Below, one piece after another: positions 37,948 to 48,290 of a stretch of DNA of 64,000 nucleotides. This DNA is from Lacunisphaera sp. (GTDB lineage: Bacteria; Verrucomicrobiota; Verrucomicrobiia; Opitutales; Opitutaceae), in the NCBI GenBank assembly GCA_036499685.1, contig DASYDH010000059.1, positions 23,057 through 87,056 of the forward strand, in the 5' to 3' direction. Both the position numbers and the translations under genes were made by a program. Position 1 is the stretch's first letter, and each line of letters starts with the position of its first letter. The notes beneath the pieces were generated by a model that saw nothing but the letters and a program-made list of their open reading frames with translations, had not been told where the DNA came from and ran no database searches.

Positions 37948-39336
37948 TCAAGGCAGTCGCACCCCAGAAATTTCAAGCGCGAGAAAGATGACCGCCAGCT
38001 TTCGGGGATCATGGGATGTGACCAGGCATTGCGAGTAGTGGAAAACGAGCTGGTTTTCCCCTGCGATCAGTCGTAGCGGACAGTGAATTGATTTCTTCTG
38101 GTTAATCCGCGAAAAATTATGCTGAAGCAGTGGCTGACCATTTAGTTCCGCTCGGATGGATTGTTCGTCCGAGTAGGTCAATATTTCCGCAAACAATGAA
38201 GCCTCGCCGGCTTCCCTGCTGTGGACGATCAGGTGAGTGGCTGGCGCGTAGCCCCAGTGGAATGGCGGCAGGAAGGCTTCGGCGACCGGACCTTCCACCG
38301 GGCTCCAACCGTCGAGGGCGGTGAAACCAATGAATGTGGAGCCGGTGGTTTTTCTTTTTGCGGCCAACAGTGATTGTTCGTTTGCGGCCAGTTCACGGAT
38401 CGCGAAACCCGTTCCGGTTGGTGCGGCAATATCGTAGCCGAGTCGATCCGCGAGTTTTCCGTGGCTGGTCGCGAGTTCCTCCAGATAGGGCAGAAGTCCC
38501 CGAACCACGCGCTCCCAGCCATGGGTGTCGGTGTACTTGAGCGGACCACCCCGGTAGGGAATGGGGCGCAGCGCCAACCCGGAAGGAGTCCGGTTTACGG
38601 TATCAAAAAAAAGCGACGGATTCTCCGCCAGCAATTGATAGCCAAGGCGGTAGTGGAGATCGAGGCCGGTAGCCGCCCGTCCGCGACTTTGCCTTTGCAG
38701 TTCTGCGCGCACGACGCGGAGGAACTGGTGTTGCGGCGACCGCTGGGCCAGATGTGCGAGATGAAAATCGGCCGGAAGGGGACGGTCCGGTAATATTTCC
38801 GCGCCACGCTGAAGGGCGTGATTGCCTTTCCCTGCGGACACGGTGCCATCAAGCGCGAGAGGGCGCGGGATCAGGATTTTCCGGGTCGAAGATGGCTGTG
38901 GGCGGGAATAGCGCAATCGCTCCACCGAGTTGACGAGTGACGGATCGTCGTCTGTGGTCGTGAGGTAGTCGAGCAATGGCAGGCTCGCGGAACACCCGGA
39001 GTCGAGATCGTTGAGGCATTTTTCGAGCAAAGACCGGTCGGGGCCACAGAATATTTCGTCGCCATCAAGCGGCACGACCCAATCAGCGCCGTGGTCCTGC
39101 GCGGCGAGGCGGCTCAGGTGATTGCTGCGGAATTGCTGGAGATGGCCCGGGGCGTCGTCGGAGAAAAGAGTCAGGGGCAGGCCTTCCTTTTGCAATTGCC
39201 CCAGAATTTCGCGCGTTCCATCGGTGCTGTCGTGGTCGAAGATGAGGTGGTAATCGACCCACACGAAGGTGTGGCGGACGAATGCCTCGATGATATCGGC
39301 TTCGTTTTTGACGATGGAAACAGCGACCAGGCGCAT
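37948..39336 (-). CDS. GT2-like (Glyco_transf_2_4 type) protein with C-terminal beta-domain
   Basis: 462 aa; IVKNEADIIE.FV.H, DHDSTDGT, WV.PLD.DE, GKGNH; C-terminal GWS.VEG...FHW...DPRKLAV. Confidence 0.75.
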   Translation of the reverse strand: MRLVAVSIVKNEADIIEAFVRHTFVWVDYHLIFDHDSTDGTREILGQLQKEGLPLTLFSDDAPGHLQQFRSNHLSRLAAQDHGADWVVPLDGDEIFCGPDRSLLEKCLNDLDSGCSASLPLLDYLTTTDDDPSLVNSVERLRYSRPQPSSTRKILIPRPLALDGTVSAGKGNHALQRGAEILPDRPLPADFHLAHLAQRSPQHQFLRVVRAELQRQSRGRAATGLDLHYRLGYQLLAENPSLFFDTVNRTPSGLALRPIPYRGGPLKYTDTHGWERVVRGLLPYLEELATSHGKLADRLGYDIAAPTGTGFAIRELAANEQSLLAAKRKTTGSTFIGFTALDGWSPVEGPVAEAFLPPFHWGYAPATHLIVHSREAGEASLFAEILTYSDEQSIRAELNGQPLLQHNFSRINQKKSIHCPLRLIAGENQLVFHYSQCLVTSHDPRKLAVIFLALEISGVRLP

Positions 39337-39380
39337 GAAGGCAGTGTGCTTATCGCCGGGCGAAAGCAGAGGATAAATTA

Positions 39381-39405
39381 CGGAATGCGGTGAAACGGCA
39401 TTCCG
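39381..39405. terminator. Stem-loop downstream of rmlA
   Basis: CGGAATGC-9 nt-GCATTCCG; only a weak U-tract on the minus strand. Confidence 0.4.
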
Positions 39406-39417
39406 CCAAGACGACGT

Positions 39418-40296
39418 TCAAGCCAGTAAACCTTTCAGGTATTCGCCGTACGAAGACTTGCCGAGTTTCCTGATGTTCGCCTCGAGGCTGGCGCGATCGA
39501 TCCACCCTTGGGTGAAGGCGATTTCCTCGAGGCAGGCGATTTTCAAGCCGGTGCGGTTTTCCAACACGTGAACGAACTGGGCGGCCTCGATCAGGGAGTC
39601 GTGGGTGCCGGTATCGAGCCAGGCGGTTCCGCGACCGAAGAGTTCGACGTGTAACTTTCCGCGTTCCAAATAGAGCCGGTTGAGGTCCGTAATTTCCAAT
39701 TCGCCGCGTTTCGAGGGTTTCAGGTCGCGAGCCAGTGCCACTACGTCCTTGTCGTAAAAATAGAGTCCGGGGACGGCATAGTTGGATTTCGGTTCGACGG
39801 GTTTTTCCTCGAGCGAAAGCACGCGTCCATCGGCGGCGAATTCGACTACGCCGTAGGCCGTGGGATTGGCGACGTGATAGCCGAAAATCGTGGAACCTTC
39901 CGTCCGCGCGCCAGCGTCGGCCAGCGATTGGACGAATTCCGCGCCATAAAAAAGATTGTCGCCGAGGACCAATGCTGACGGTTCGGCGCCAGTGAGGAAG
40001 CCGGTGTTCGCGGCGATGTGAAACGCCTGGGCCAGTCCGTCGGGGCTGGGTTGCTCGGCGTAGCTGAATTTCAATCCCACGTTGGCTCCATCACCCAGAA
40101 GTTTACGGAACAGCGGCAGATCCTGCGGGGTGGAAATGATCAGGATTTCACGAATGCCCGCCAGCATCAGGACCGACAGCGGATAATAAATCATGGGCTT
40201 GTCATAGACCGGCATGAGCTGCTTGCTCACGGCAATCGTGAGGGGATAAAGCCGGGTGCCAGACCCACCGGCGAGTATGATGCCTTTGCGATTCAT
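39418..40296 (-). CDS. rmlA: Glucose-1-phosphate thymidylyltransferase
   Basis: [54 protein letters not shown]. Confidence 0.98.
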   Translation of the reverse strand: MNRKGIILAGGSGTRLYPLTIAVSKQLMPVYDKPMIYYPLSVLMLAGIREILIISTPQDLPLFRKLLGDGANVGLKFSYAEQPSPDGLAQAFHIAANTGFLTGAEPSALVLGDNLFYGAEFVQSLADAGARTEGSTIFGYHVANPTAYGVVEFAADGRVLSLEEKPVEPKSNYAVPGLYFYDKDVVALARDLKPSKRGELEITDLNRLYLERGKLHVELFGRGTAWLDTGTHDSLIEAAQFVHVLENRTGLKIACLEEIAFTQGWIDRASLEANIRKLGKSSYGEYLKGLLA

Positions 40297-40298
40297 GG

Positions 40299-41366
40299 TT
40301 AAACTTTGGTGCCGAGACGTTCGCGGGAATATTTCTTGGCGGTGATGTCCGCCGCCCAGGCGCGGTTTTTCAAGTACCAGCCAACGGTCTTGGCGATGCC
40401 GGTGGCGAAATTCTCCGCCGGCGCCCAGCCGAGTTCGCGCTGGAGCTTGGCGCAATCGATCGCGTAACGCCGATCATGACCTGGCCGGTCGGCGACATAC
40501 GTAATCTGCGATGCATAGGGTTTGCCGTCGGGGCGCGGGGACTTTTGGTCGAGCAAGGCGCAAATCGTTTGGACGATCTCGATGTTGGGTTTCTCGTTCA
40601 AGCCGCCGATATTGTAGGTCTCGCCGGTGCGGCCTTGGCGCAGGACCAGCCAGATGGCGGCGGCGTGGTCCTCCACATAGAGCCAGTCACGAATTTGCTG
40701 GCCGTCGCCGTAAACTGGCAGCGGTTTGCCTTCGAGGGCGTTGAGAATCACCAATGGAATTAATTTTTCCGGGAAGTGAAACGGCCCGTAATTGTTCGAG
40801 CAATTGGTGGTTAGCGTCGGGAAATGGTACGTATGCTGGAACGAGCGAACCAGGTGATCGCTGGAAGCCTTGGACGCGGCGTAAGGCGAATTCGGCGCGA
40901 ACGGGGTTTCCTCGGTAAACGCGGGATCCTTCGGGCCGAGCGTGCCATAAACTTCATCGGTCGAAACGTGCAGAAAACGGAAGCCCGCTTTTTTTGCCTC
41001 GGACAATTTTGTCCAGTACAAGCGGGCGGAGTTGAGCAAACGGAGGGTGCCGACGACGTTGGTTTGGATGAAAGGCTCCGGCGAATCGATCGAGCGGTCA
41101 ACGTGCGATTCCGCGGCGAAATTAACCACCGCATCGATCGCGTGCGCGGCGAGCAATTTTGAGACAAGAGCGGCGTCGCCGATGTCGCCATGGGCAAAAA
41201 CGTAACGCGAATCGCCGGCGAGATCGGTGAGATTTGCGGGATTGCCCGCGTAGGTGAGCGCGTCGAGGTTGATGAGTTTGGTCAGCGGCGTGTTCTTTTC
41301 GCCGAGCCGCTGCCGGATAAAATTGGAGCCGATGAAACCGCAGCCGCCGGTGACGAGAATATTCAT
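40299..41366 (-). CDS. rmlB: dTDP-glucose 4,6-dehydratase
   Basis: [57 protein letters not shown]. Confidence 0.98.
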   Translation of the reverse strand: MNILVTGGCGFIGSNFIRQRLGEKNTPLTKLINLDALTYAGNPANLTDLAGDSRYVFAHGDIGDAALVSKLLAAHAIDAVVNFAAESHVDRSIDSPEPFIQTNVVGTLRLLNSARLYWTKLSEAKKAGFRFLHVSTDEVYGTLGPKDPAFTEETPFAPNSPYAASKASSDHLVRSFQHTYHFPTLTTNCSNNYGPFHFPEKLIPLVILNALEGKPLPVYGDGQQIRDWLYVEDHAAAIWLVLRQGRTGETYNIGGLNEKPNIEIVQTICALLDQKSPRPDGKPYASQITYVADRPGHDRRYAIDCAKLQRELGWAPAENFATGIAKTVGWYLKNRAWAADITAKKYSRERLGTKV

Positions 41367-41374
41367 GGGTAAAA

Positions 41375-42247
41375 TCAGGCAGCTTTTGTCCAGCGACGCA
41401 GATCGCGTTCGATCGCATCATGTACCTCGGTTAGTTTGATTCCGGCGGCGGCGAGCTTGGTGGAGTTCATGACGCAATTGGAGCGCGGAGTCTTCGCGGC
41501 GGTTTGCATGAATTGGGTTTCGTCTTTGAAGAACTGGAAATTCTTGTTCGAAACGCCCGTCTTTTTGATCAGTTCGACCACTTCATGAGTGGTGACCTGG
41601 CCCGGATTGGTGACATTGTAGATCCCGAACGGCACCCGCTTTTCCCAGCAGGCGAAAGTGCCACCAACGAATTCCTGGAGTTGGGAAATGGAGTTGGTGG
41701 CTTCGAGCAGCGTCGAATAGCGCAACAATTTCGTCAGGTAGTTGCGCGGGTTGTCCACCTCGTTGAACGGAATACGGAGCCGCCAGATGTAGACGTTGGG
41801 AAAGTTGGTGAGGACTTCTTCGCCGAGGGCCTTGGTGCCCGAATAAAAACTGCAGTTATTCGTGCGGAAGGAGAAATTCGGAACATCGGTTTCGGTGAAA
41901 CCCGAACCATCGGGACGGGCACCGGTGTAGATGCAGCCGGAGGAAACATGGCCCCAAGGGATGCCGGCGTCGGCACAGGCTTGGGCTATGATGCCCGGAA
42001 GAACGGCGTTTCCCATCACGCAATCTGCCTTGTGTAACTCGCAGGCGTCCACGTTGGGTTTGCCCGTGTACCCGGCCGCATTGATCAGGAATTCCGGCTT
42101 CTCGCGCAAAAGTAATTTCGTGAGGGCGGGCCCATTCGTGTAATCGAAATCAGAGCGACGTATATTGCGGAAAGACAGGCCTTTGCGTTGAAGCAATTCC
42201 TGATATGCCGACCCCACATAACCTGAACCGCCGAGCAAATAGATCAT
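41375..42247 (-). CDS. RmlD-family reductase resembling the plant-type bifunctional 3,5-epimerase/4-reductase (NRS/ER)
   Basis: From ATG 42247; [42 protein letters not shown]....NPRNYLTKL. Confidence 0.8.
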   Translation of the reverse strand: MIYLLGGSGYVGSAYQELLQRKGLSFRNIRRSDFDYTNGPALTKLLLREKPEFLINAAGYTGKPNVDACELHKADCVMGNAVLPGIIAQACADAGIPWGHVSSGCIYTGARPDGSGFTETDVPNFSFRTNNCSFYSGTKALGEEVLTNFPNVYIWRLRIPFNEVDNPRNYLTKLLRYSTLLEATNSISQLQEFVGGTFACWEKRVPFGIYNVTNPGQVTTHEVVELIKKTGVSNKNFQFFKDETQFMQTAAKTPRSNCVMNSTKLAAAGIKLTEVHDAIERDLRRWTKAA

Positions 42248-42296
42248 GGTGAAAGCGATTAATGTGCTTCTTCCGCAACAGACAACAAGCTGTTTT

Positions 42297-43076
42297 TCAG
42301 GAGCTTGGAATCGTCGGTTTTCGATAGTCGCCGCGGCTGAAATACTTCTCCAGCCAGACATACGCACAGATAAAAAAATAACGGCTGCCCATCTCACTGA
42401 TTTTAAGCTTGGGCACGCCATGTTTTCGGTTTTGCCAGGAAATCGGCATCACTGTCCACGAATAGCCTCGGACGATCGCCTTGAGTGGAATCTCAACAGT
42501 GAGATTGAAATGCGGGGAGAGGAACGGCCGGCAGCCTTCGATGACGATGCGGCGATACGCCTTGAAGGCGTTGGTGGTATCGTTGAGTGGAATATTGAAG
42601 CCGACCCGGACCAGAAAATTCGCGATGCGATTCACGAAGAGCTTTAACCGAGGGTAGTCTATAACTTCACCGCCCTTGACGAAACGGCTGCCGAAAACGC
42701 AATCCCAACCGCCAACCAACAGCCGCCAATATTTTACGGCGTCGTCTGGTGAATCGGAAGCGTCAGCCATCATGATCGTACAGGCATCTCCTTTCATGTG
42801 TTTGAGGCCATAAGTCACGGCGCGTCCGAAGCCGTGCGGGCCTTTGTTCTGCACGGGTGCGAGCGTGGGGATGGTTTGCTTGAGTTCCCTTAATACCTCC
42901 CAGGTACGATCATGGCTTCCGTCATCCACGACGATAATTTCATGGGGAATGTTCTCCCGCGCCATCGTTTCATAAATATCCTTCACTGTCGGCGGCAGCG
43001 ATTCTTCTTCGTTATGGGCGGGAATAACGATGCTGTAGAGTTTCAGCGGCGCGGGGAAGGGGACATTCGATCGCAT
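42297..43076 (-). CDS. GT2, DPM1-like polyprenol-phosphate sugar synthase (no C-terminal TM)
   Basis: VIPAHNEE, VDDGS.D, GFGRAV, MMADASD, FGSRF..GG, D.TNAFKAY. Confidence 0.88.
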   Translation of the reverse strand: MRSNVPFPAPLKLYSIVIPAHNEEESLPPTVKDIYETMARENIPHEIIVVDDGSHDRTWEVLRELKQTIPTLAPVQNKGPHGFGRAVTYGLKHMKGDACTIMMADASDSPDDAVKYWRLLVGGWDCVFGSRFVKGGEVIDYPRLKLFVNRIANFLVRVGFNIPLNDTTNAFKAYRRIVIEGCRPFLSPHFNLTVEIPLKAIVRGYSWTVMPISWQNRKHGVPKLKISEMGSRYFFICAYVWLEKYFSRGDYRKPTIPSS

Positions 43077-43096
43077 GGTGGACGGATGACACTGGG

Positions 43097-43768
43097 TCAG
43101 ACAGCTGGTTTGCGCGCTACGACGAGAAACTGTTTTCCGCGAAGATGCCAGAGCCAGGGTAGGGCGACGTAAAGGCGGACAAAAAACATGGGGTACTCCG
43201 GTGCCGCCACCATCGTGAACGGAAGGAACCGCGCTGTGAGAACGTCGATCTGGTATCCCTCAATCTCCATTGCTTCGCCGAGGGAAGTTTCCGTCAAATA
43301 GACGTGGTGGTCGTAAAAATCCCAATATTCGCCGTGGAGATATTTGATGTTTGGTCCCACGGCAATCAGCCGACCGCCTGGCTTCAGGCAGCGGAGCGTC
43401 TGACGGAGGGTCAGGTTCAGACATTCCTTGTCCGGTAAGTGTTCAAAAAAGTTACTGGTGAAGACAACATCGAGACTATTGTCGGCCAGTGGCCACGGAG
43501 CGGAACAATCCTGATGAAGAAATTCGATACCCTGGGCCAAATGAGCCGGCGCGTCGGGATTGAGATCCATGGCCAATTTTCGACTGCAGACGATATTGTT
43601 GATGAACTCGCCATAGCCGCATCCCAAATCCAGAACAGCCGCATGGGGTTTGACCCAACGGCTGAAAAATTCCCCGGTTAATACCTTCCAAACCTCATTA
43701 CGATACGCGGCAGTGCGGACGAAACGCCGGTGGTAGATCTTGGAAAGTTCCTGCTGCGTGCTGGCCAT
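43097..43768 (-). CDS. Class I SAM-dependent methyltransferase
   Basis: VLDLGCGYGEF, DVVFTSNFFEHL, LKPGG.LI. Confidence 0.9.
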   Translation of the reverse strand: MASTQQELSKIYHRRFVRTAAYRNEVWKVLTGEFFSRWVKPHAAVLDLGCGYGEFINNIVCSRKLAMDLNPDAPAHLAQGIEFLHQDCSAPWPLADNSLDVVFTSNFFEHLPDKECLNLTLRQTLRCLKPGGRLIAVGPNIKYLHGEYWDFYDHHVYLTETSLGEAMEIEGYQIDVLTARFLPFTMVAAPEYPMFFVRLYVALPWLWHLRGKQFLVVARKPAV

Positions 43769-43785
43769 GCGAACCGCAGAGAGAG

Positions 43786-44859
43786 TCAGAGCGGGGCGGA
43801 CAGGTCAAGCCAGCCGGGATTGCGTTCGGCGTGGCCGGCGATTTCCTCCAGAATAGCGGAAATTTTCCAGGTCGGTTGCCAGTGCCAGAGCCGCGCCGCC
43901 TTGGTCGAATCGAGTACGATCCACGCGATGTCAAACGGCCGAACCGCGCCATCTGAAACCACGGAGTGCGGTCCGAATCGCTGCGCACACCAGTCACTGA
44001 GTTGTTTTAGCGACATCGCGGATGCGACACCGCCGGACAGATTCACCACGCGATCAGTGGCCGGCAGTTTCGGCGCGGCGATCTGCTTTTCAAGCAATGG
44101 CGCCAAATCCCGTGGGTGGAGGCAGTCGCGTACCTGATGACCGCGGCCGCCGAATCCAAGATATTTCAACGGGCGCTTTTGCCGCCACGAGTTGATCCAG
44201 TAGGCGAAGATTCCCTGGTCGGCGCGACCGAATTGTCCGGCCCCAGCGAGGACACCGCAACGGTTTATGAAAACCGGGAAGTCGAATGTTTCCCCGTATT
44301 CAAGCGCCAGCGCTTCCGAGGCCAACTTGGTTGAGCCATACAGTGAAATGGGCGCCATGGTGGCAAACGTTTCATCGATTCCGGCGGCGCTCAAGCCGGT
44401 GGGTGGAGCCGAACTCGCATCGGGAACAAATGCATCGTTAACGGCCGTTACCTTCAGGCTGGCGAGCGGTGCAATCGAATAGACCCGGCTCGTCGACAAA
44501 AGGATGAAACCGGCTTTGTGTGCCTTGCAGTATTCCAGCAGATTGACCGTTCCGACGAGATTGTGTTCGACGAGTTGCCGCGAACTGGTCTTGCCGTCGA
44601 CACCAGCCAGGACACTGGGATTTGCCGCGGCATCGATCACCCAATCGGCAGCTGGCAACGTTTCCAAATCGCTCGCGGCGCGAAGATCGGCGTGGAAAAG
44701 TTTCACGCCCAATTTTTTCAATTCAGCGCGATTGTTTTCGCTGCCGGGGCGGATGAAATTATCGAATCCGAGAACCTCGTGACCGGGGCTGGTCGCAAGC
44801 AGGGTTTTGGCAAGGGTGCTACCGACGAAGCCACAGATCCCGGATATCAGAATTCGCAT
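43786..44859 (-). CDS. NAD-dependent epimerase/dehydratase, RfbE (CDP-paratose 2-epimerase)-like
   Basis: SGICGFVG, canonical YGSTK, R.GVLAG..QFG..DQG, QVRD.LH. Confidence 0.82.
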   Translation of the reverse strand: MRILISGICGFVGSTLAKTLLATSPGHEVLGFDNFIRPGSENNRAELKKLGVKLFHADLRAASDLETLPAADWVIDAAANPSVLAGVDGKTSSRQLVEHNLVGTVNLLEYCKAHKAGFILLSTSRVYSIAPLASLKVTAVNDAFVPDASSAPPTGLSAAGIDETFATMAPISLYGSTKLASEALALEYGETFDFPVFINRCGVLAGAGQFGRADQGIFAYWINSWRQKRPLKYLGFGGRGHQVRDCLHPRDLAPLLEKQIAAPKLPATDRVVNLSGGVASAMSLKQLSDWCAQRFGPHSVVSDGAVRPFDIAWIVLDSTKAARLWHWQPTWKISAILEEIAGHAERNPGWLDLSAPL

Positions 44860-44929
44860 GTCGGTTCAGCGAAGCAGACGCTTGCTTTCAGGTGAAGCGG
44901 GAAATCTCCGCACGTTTGACATGATCCGT

Positions 44930-47900
44930 TTAGAATGTGGCGGTAAGCGAAATCGAGTACGTTCTGCCGCGCCAGTCACCATACGGTTGAACGCCGGCTC
45001 CGCTTCCACCATTGGCATAATTGGGGTAGCCGGTGTCGAAGACATTATCGACGCGGAGTTGTCCGCGTAACCCATAGCGGCTGTTCTTCCAAGGCAACCA
45101 CCGCTTCAGGTCGCTTTGCAGGTAGGTATCAAACTGGCAATATGGATCGATTTTCGTTCCACCCTGGCCCGCCCATTCCGTCGCCGGCAACGTGCGGGAG
45201 TGATAGTAGTGTCCATCGATTCCAAAACCATACCGCGGATTCGACCAGCCGGCACCGAAGTTCGCGCGGTATTTTAGAATCGAGGCCGCGCCATCGGGCG
45301 AATTCAGCTCGTCCACCGCCGGCGAGTTGGGAAACACTTTCACATCGAATCGTTGGAAATACACCAGCCGGCCGTAAAGCGACAGCGTCCCATGTGCGCA
45401 TTGCGTCCACGCGTAGTCGACGGAGGCGTTCCAATTTTGCGAATGCCGGGAGGCGAGGTTGACCGGCCCGGTCAACAGTGACGTGACGAGCCCGACCGAA
45501 TGCAGATCGCCAGCGGCCAAGGGTGCACGTGTCACCCGCTCGGGAAACAGTGCCTCCAGATTCAGCACGTCGGATTCGTCGAGGACTTTTACCTCGTTCC
45601 TTTTGTGCGTATCGACGAAGTCCAACGAGGCGCGGAATTGATGAATCTTGCCATGCTGGTAAATGATACCGGCCGTCTGCGTGACTGCGGCCTCCGTATT
45701 CAAATGCGGATCCTTCACTTCGTCGGATTTGACGCTGTACTCTTCCCCACCGCGCAGCGGGTCGCTAATCTTCACCAGGTTGATTCCTCCGCCCGATCCA
45801 TCTGAATTTGTGACTGGCCGGCTCAGTTGCGGCGTGGGCACGCGATTTGAAGTGGTGAAACTTCCGCGCAACGAAAAACCGCCGGCCGCCTCGACTTTCA
45901 AGCCTACGGTCGGCGCGACATTGGTTTCCTTTGAGGAGTCCGCGGCGACATAGCGAACGGCTAGATCCGCTTCCAGTTTACGCAGCCAATTTGGCAGCCG
46001 TTCGTCGGGCACGATCGGGGCCTGCAATTCACCAAACGCGCTGTAGCGTTGCAGTGTGCGTCCGGTCGAGTCGACGGGATTGTCGATCGGGCTGCCGTCT
46101 GCGAAGTGGCGGGAATCGGTATAACTCGCGAGATGGATCCGCCGGTAATCGACTCCCACGTTTACCGTGCTGATTCCCGTGGGCAGTGCGATGGACTGAT
46201 TCGTCAACCGAATCGCACCGTCTTCGGTGTCGTAATCTCCCAGCGTTACGAATTTTCCCGGTGCACCGTAATAGATCAAAGCGCGATCATAGAATTCCTT
46301 GGGCGGTCCGTGGGTTTGCGTATCACGAAGGGGATTGTACAGGCCGTCATCAACCAGCTGCTGCCATCGGGCACCGTCGACGTCCGCCAATCCCCGGTAT
46401 CTGGCGACGTTGTGGGAGTATTGTCCGTCGGCGGAGATCCGCCAATCTCCCGGCAACTTGATCAACAATCCAAGCACGGCGGACGAGAAATCAAGATGCG
46501 CCTCGCTGTAATCCGGGCCCAACTGCGGGGCAATTTCGTTTAACGACACATTGACGTCCTGGCCAAAGGGATTGAACGGCGAATCGCTTTTGAGGGAGAG
46601 ATTTCCGACCAGCACGTCAAAACCGCGATTGACCACCGTGCTGACGTAGGTCGCGTCGAATCCAATTTGAAGCCACGGGAAAATGTCGTAGGTGGCGGAA
46701 CCAAAATAGGCGGTGCGGCGTTGCTGCCGACCGTATGGATACTCCAGGCTGTTCGGCGACGCGACGAGCCCGCCGGGCGATTGGAAAAAATCGAGATTGC
46801 GGACACCTTCCCGTCCCGCAAACGCCGCCAGTCCGCCGTTGCCACTGGCACCGGGCGCAACGGAAGTGACGGGCGATGTTCCAGTGCCAAAAAGCGGGGT
46901 CATGTCCGCACTGCGAACATTCGGTGTCGCGCGATAGATTGGATCGGAAAGTGACGCTGGCGGGTGGTCGTTTGATCGAAAATAGCCGAGTTCAGCTTCT
47001 GTGGGCGGCTCGCTCTTGGTGAAATTTGCACTTAACAATAAATGAAGCTTCCCGCCGAGAAGGGTCTGGCTGTGAAGCAGCGACACCGACGATTGCGGCG
47101 CGTCGAAACCGCCCAGCGCGTTCGTGTAGTTCGTCGTGATTTCCGTGGCGTCGGATTTTTCCCCGGTGCGCAAAACGATGTTGATGACACCGCCAAACGC
47201 ATTGCCGCTGTAGAGGGCTGAGGAGGAAACAGGCAGAACCTCGACCTGTTGAACGAGGCTGAGTGGGATAAAATTAACGTCGGGTCCCACTGATCGCGTC
47301 CCACCGGAAAAGGACGTCATTACTTCGGGCAGGCGGCGGCCGTTGACAAGAATGATGGTTTCGTCTGCACCGTAGCCCCGCAAATTCAAATTTGTGCTGC
47401 CGGCCGCGTAGCTTGCCTGATTGCCATTTTGCTCGGGCGGCGTCGTGCTGGCGTCACTTTCCAAGACGGCGCGTTGCAGGAATCCATTGAGATCCACCAC
47501 GCCACTCCGGGTGATTTGTTCGCGATCGTAAATCGTGTAGGGAAGCGCGTCGTTTTCCGTGCGGGGAAGGTCGAGATTGCCAACGGCCGAGGGTTTCATG
47601 AACGGCGTCTGGCTGCGGTCGAACGGATGACCGTCGCTCTCGCCCATGACCACGAACGGATCGAGTCGCGTTACATCTTCCGATTTTTGAATGGTTTTTG
47701 GGGCGAGCGCCAACTCGCGCCCGGAAGCCACCGCGATGGCTTCAATTTGAAAAGGCTGATAGCCGTCGCCGGTCGCGGTCAGCGTGTAGTTCCCGGGCCG
47801 GAGGGCGGCAAAGCGATAGTCGCCGTGTTGATCGGTTCGCGTGGATTGTCGCGACGGCGAGAGGGTGACGTGGATGTCAGCCGCACCCGTGCCGTCGGGA

Positions 47901-48244
47901 TTGTGCAAAGTGCCCTTGAGCGATCCGGTCGAGGTCTTCGGGGAAGTGACGACAAACTTGCCCTTGCCATTCCGATGCGTCGTGAAGCCTGTATTGGCGA
48001 GGAGGCGGACGAGGGCGGTCTCGGGTTCGTAGCGTCCGATGACCTCCGCGGATTGAACTTTCCGCAATTTATCGAAGGAGAATAGCACCTCGACTTTCGC
48101 CTGCTGCGAGAAAGCCAGCAACGCCTCGGACGCCGGTTGCGCGGGCAGATTGAAGTCGATGGCTTCGCCCCGAACTAAAACCGGGAGAAACGCACAACCG
48201 AAGGAGATGAACAAAAAGTGCCCGAGAGCTTTCGCAAAACGCAT
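44930..48244 (-). CDS. TonB-dependent receptor with STN signalling domain and carboxypeptidase-regulatory-like domain
   Basis: 1104 aa; signal peptide; FNLPAQP..EAL..F..Q (STN); TD.HG.YRF..L.PG.Y; plug NLRG.G...TL.LVNGRR; C-terminal Phe. Confidence 0.9.
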   Translation of the reverse strand: MRFAKALGHFLFISFGCAFLPVLVRGEAIDFNLPAQPASEALLAFSQQAKVEVLFSFDKLRKVQSAEVIGRYEPETALVRLLANTGFTTHRNGKGKFVVTSPKTSTGSLKGTLHNPDGTGAADIHVTLSPSRQSTRTDQHGDYRFAALRPGNYTLTATGDGYQPFQIEAIAVASGRELALAPKTIQKSEDVTRLDPFVVMGESDGHPFDRSQTPFMKPSAVGNLDLPRTENDALPYTIYDREQITRSGVVDLNGFLQRAVLESDASTTPPEQNGNQASYAAGSTNLNLRGYGADETIILVNGRRLPEVMTSFSGGTRSVGPDVNFIPLSLVQQVEVLPVSSSALYSGNAFGGVINIVLRTGEKSDATEITTNYTNALGGFDAPQSSVSLLHSQTLLGGKLHLLLSANFTKSEPPTEAELGYFRSNDHPPASLSDPIYRATPNVRSADMTPLFGTGTSPVTSVAPGASGNGGLAAFAGREGVRNLDFFQSPGGLVASPNSLEYPYGRQQRRTAYFGSATYDIFPWLQIGFDATYVSTVVNRGFDVLVGNLSLKSDSPFNPFGQDVNVSLNEIAPQLGPDYSEAHLDFSSAVLGLLIKLPGDWRISADGQYSHNVARYRGLADVDGARWQQLVDDGLYNPLRDTQTHGPPKEFYDRALIYYGAPGKFVTLGDYDTEDGAIRLTNQSIALPTGISTVNVGVDYRRIHLASYTDSRHFADGSPIDNPVDSTGRTLQRYSAFGELQAPIVPDERLPNWLRKLEADLAVRYVAADSSKETNVAPTVGLKVEAAGGFSLRGSFTTSNRVPTPQLSRPVTNSDGSGGGINLVKISDPLRGGEEYSVKSDEVKDPHLNTEAAVTQTAGIIYQHGKIHQFRASLDFVDTHKRNEVKVLDESDVLNLEALFPERVTRAPLAAGDLHSVGLVTSLLTGPVNLASRHSQNWNASVDYAWTQCAHGTLSLYGRLVYFQRFDVKVFPNSPAVDELNSPDGAASILKYRANFGAGWSNPRYGFGIDGHYYHSRTLPATEWAGQGGTKIDPYCQFDTYLQSDLKRWLPWKNSRYGLRGQLRVDNVFDTGYPNYANGGSGAGVQPYGDWRGRTYSISLTATF

Positions 48245-48290
48245 GTGTGGGGTAAATGGTCCGATCTTCGGCCCGAAATGGAAGGGGAAA

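Noticed and set aside
42250-43770. Low-GC, recently acquired sub-island
   Set aside because: Spot counts of single 60-nt lines (45% and 53%) overlap a flanking line (53%); a sliding-window GC3/codon analysis is needed
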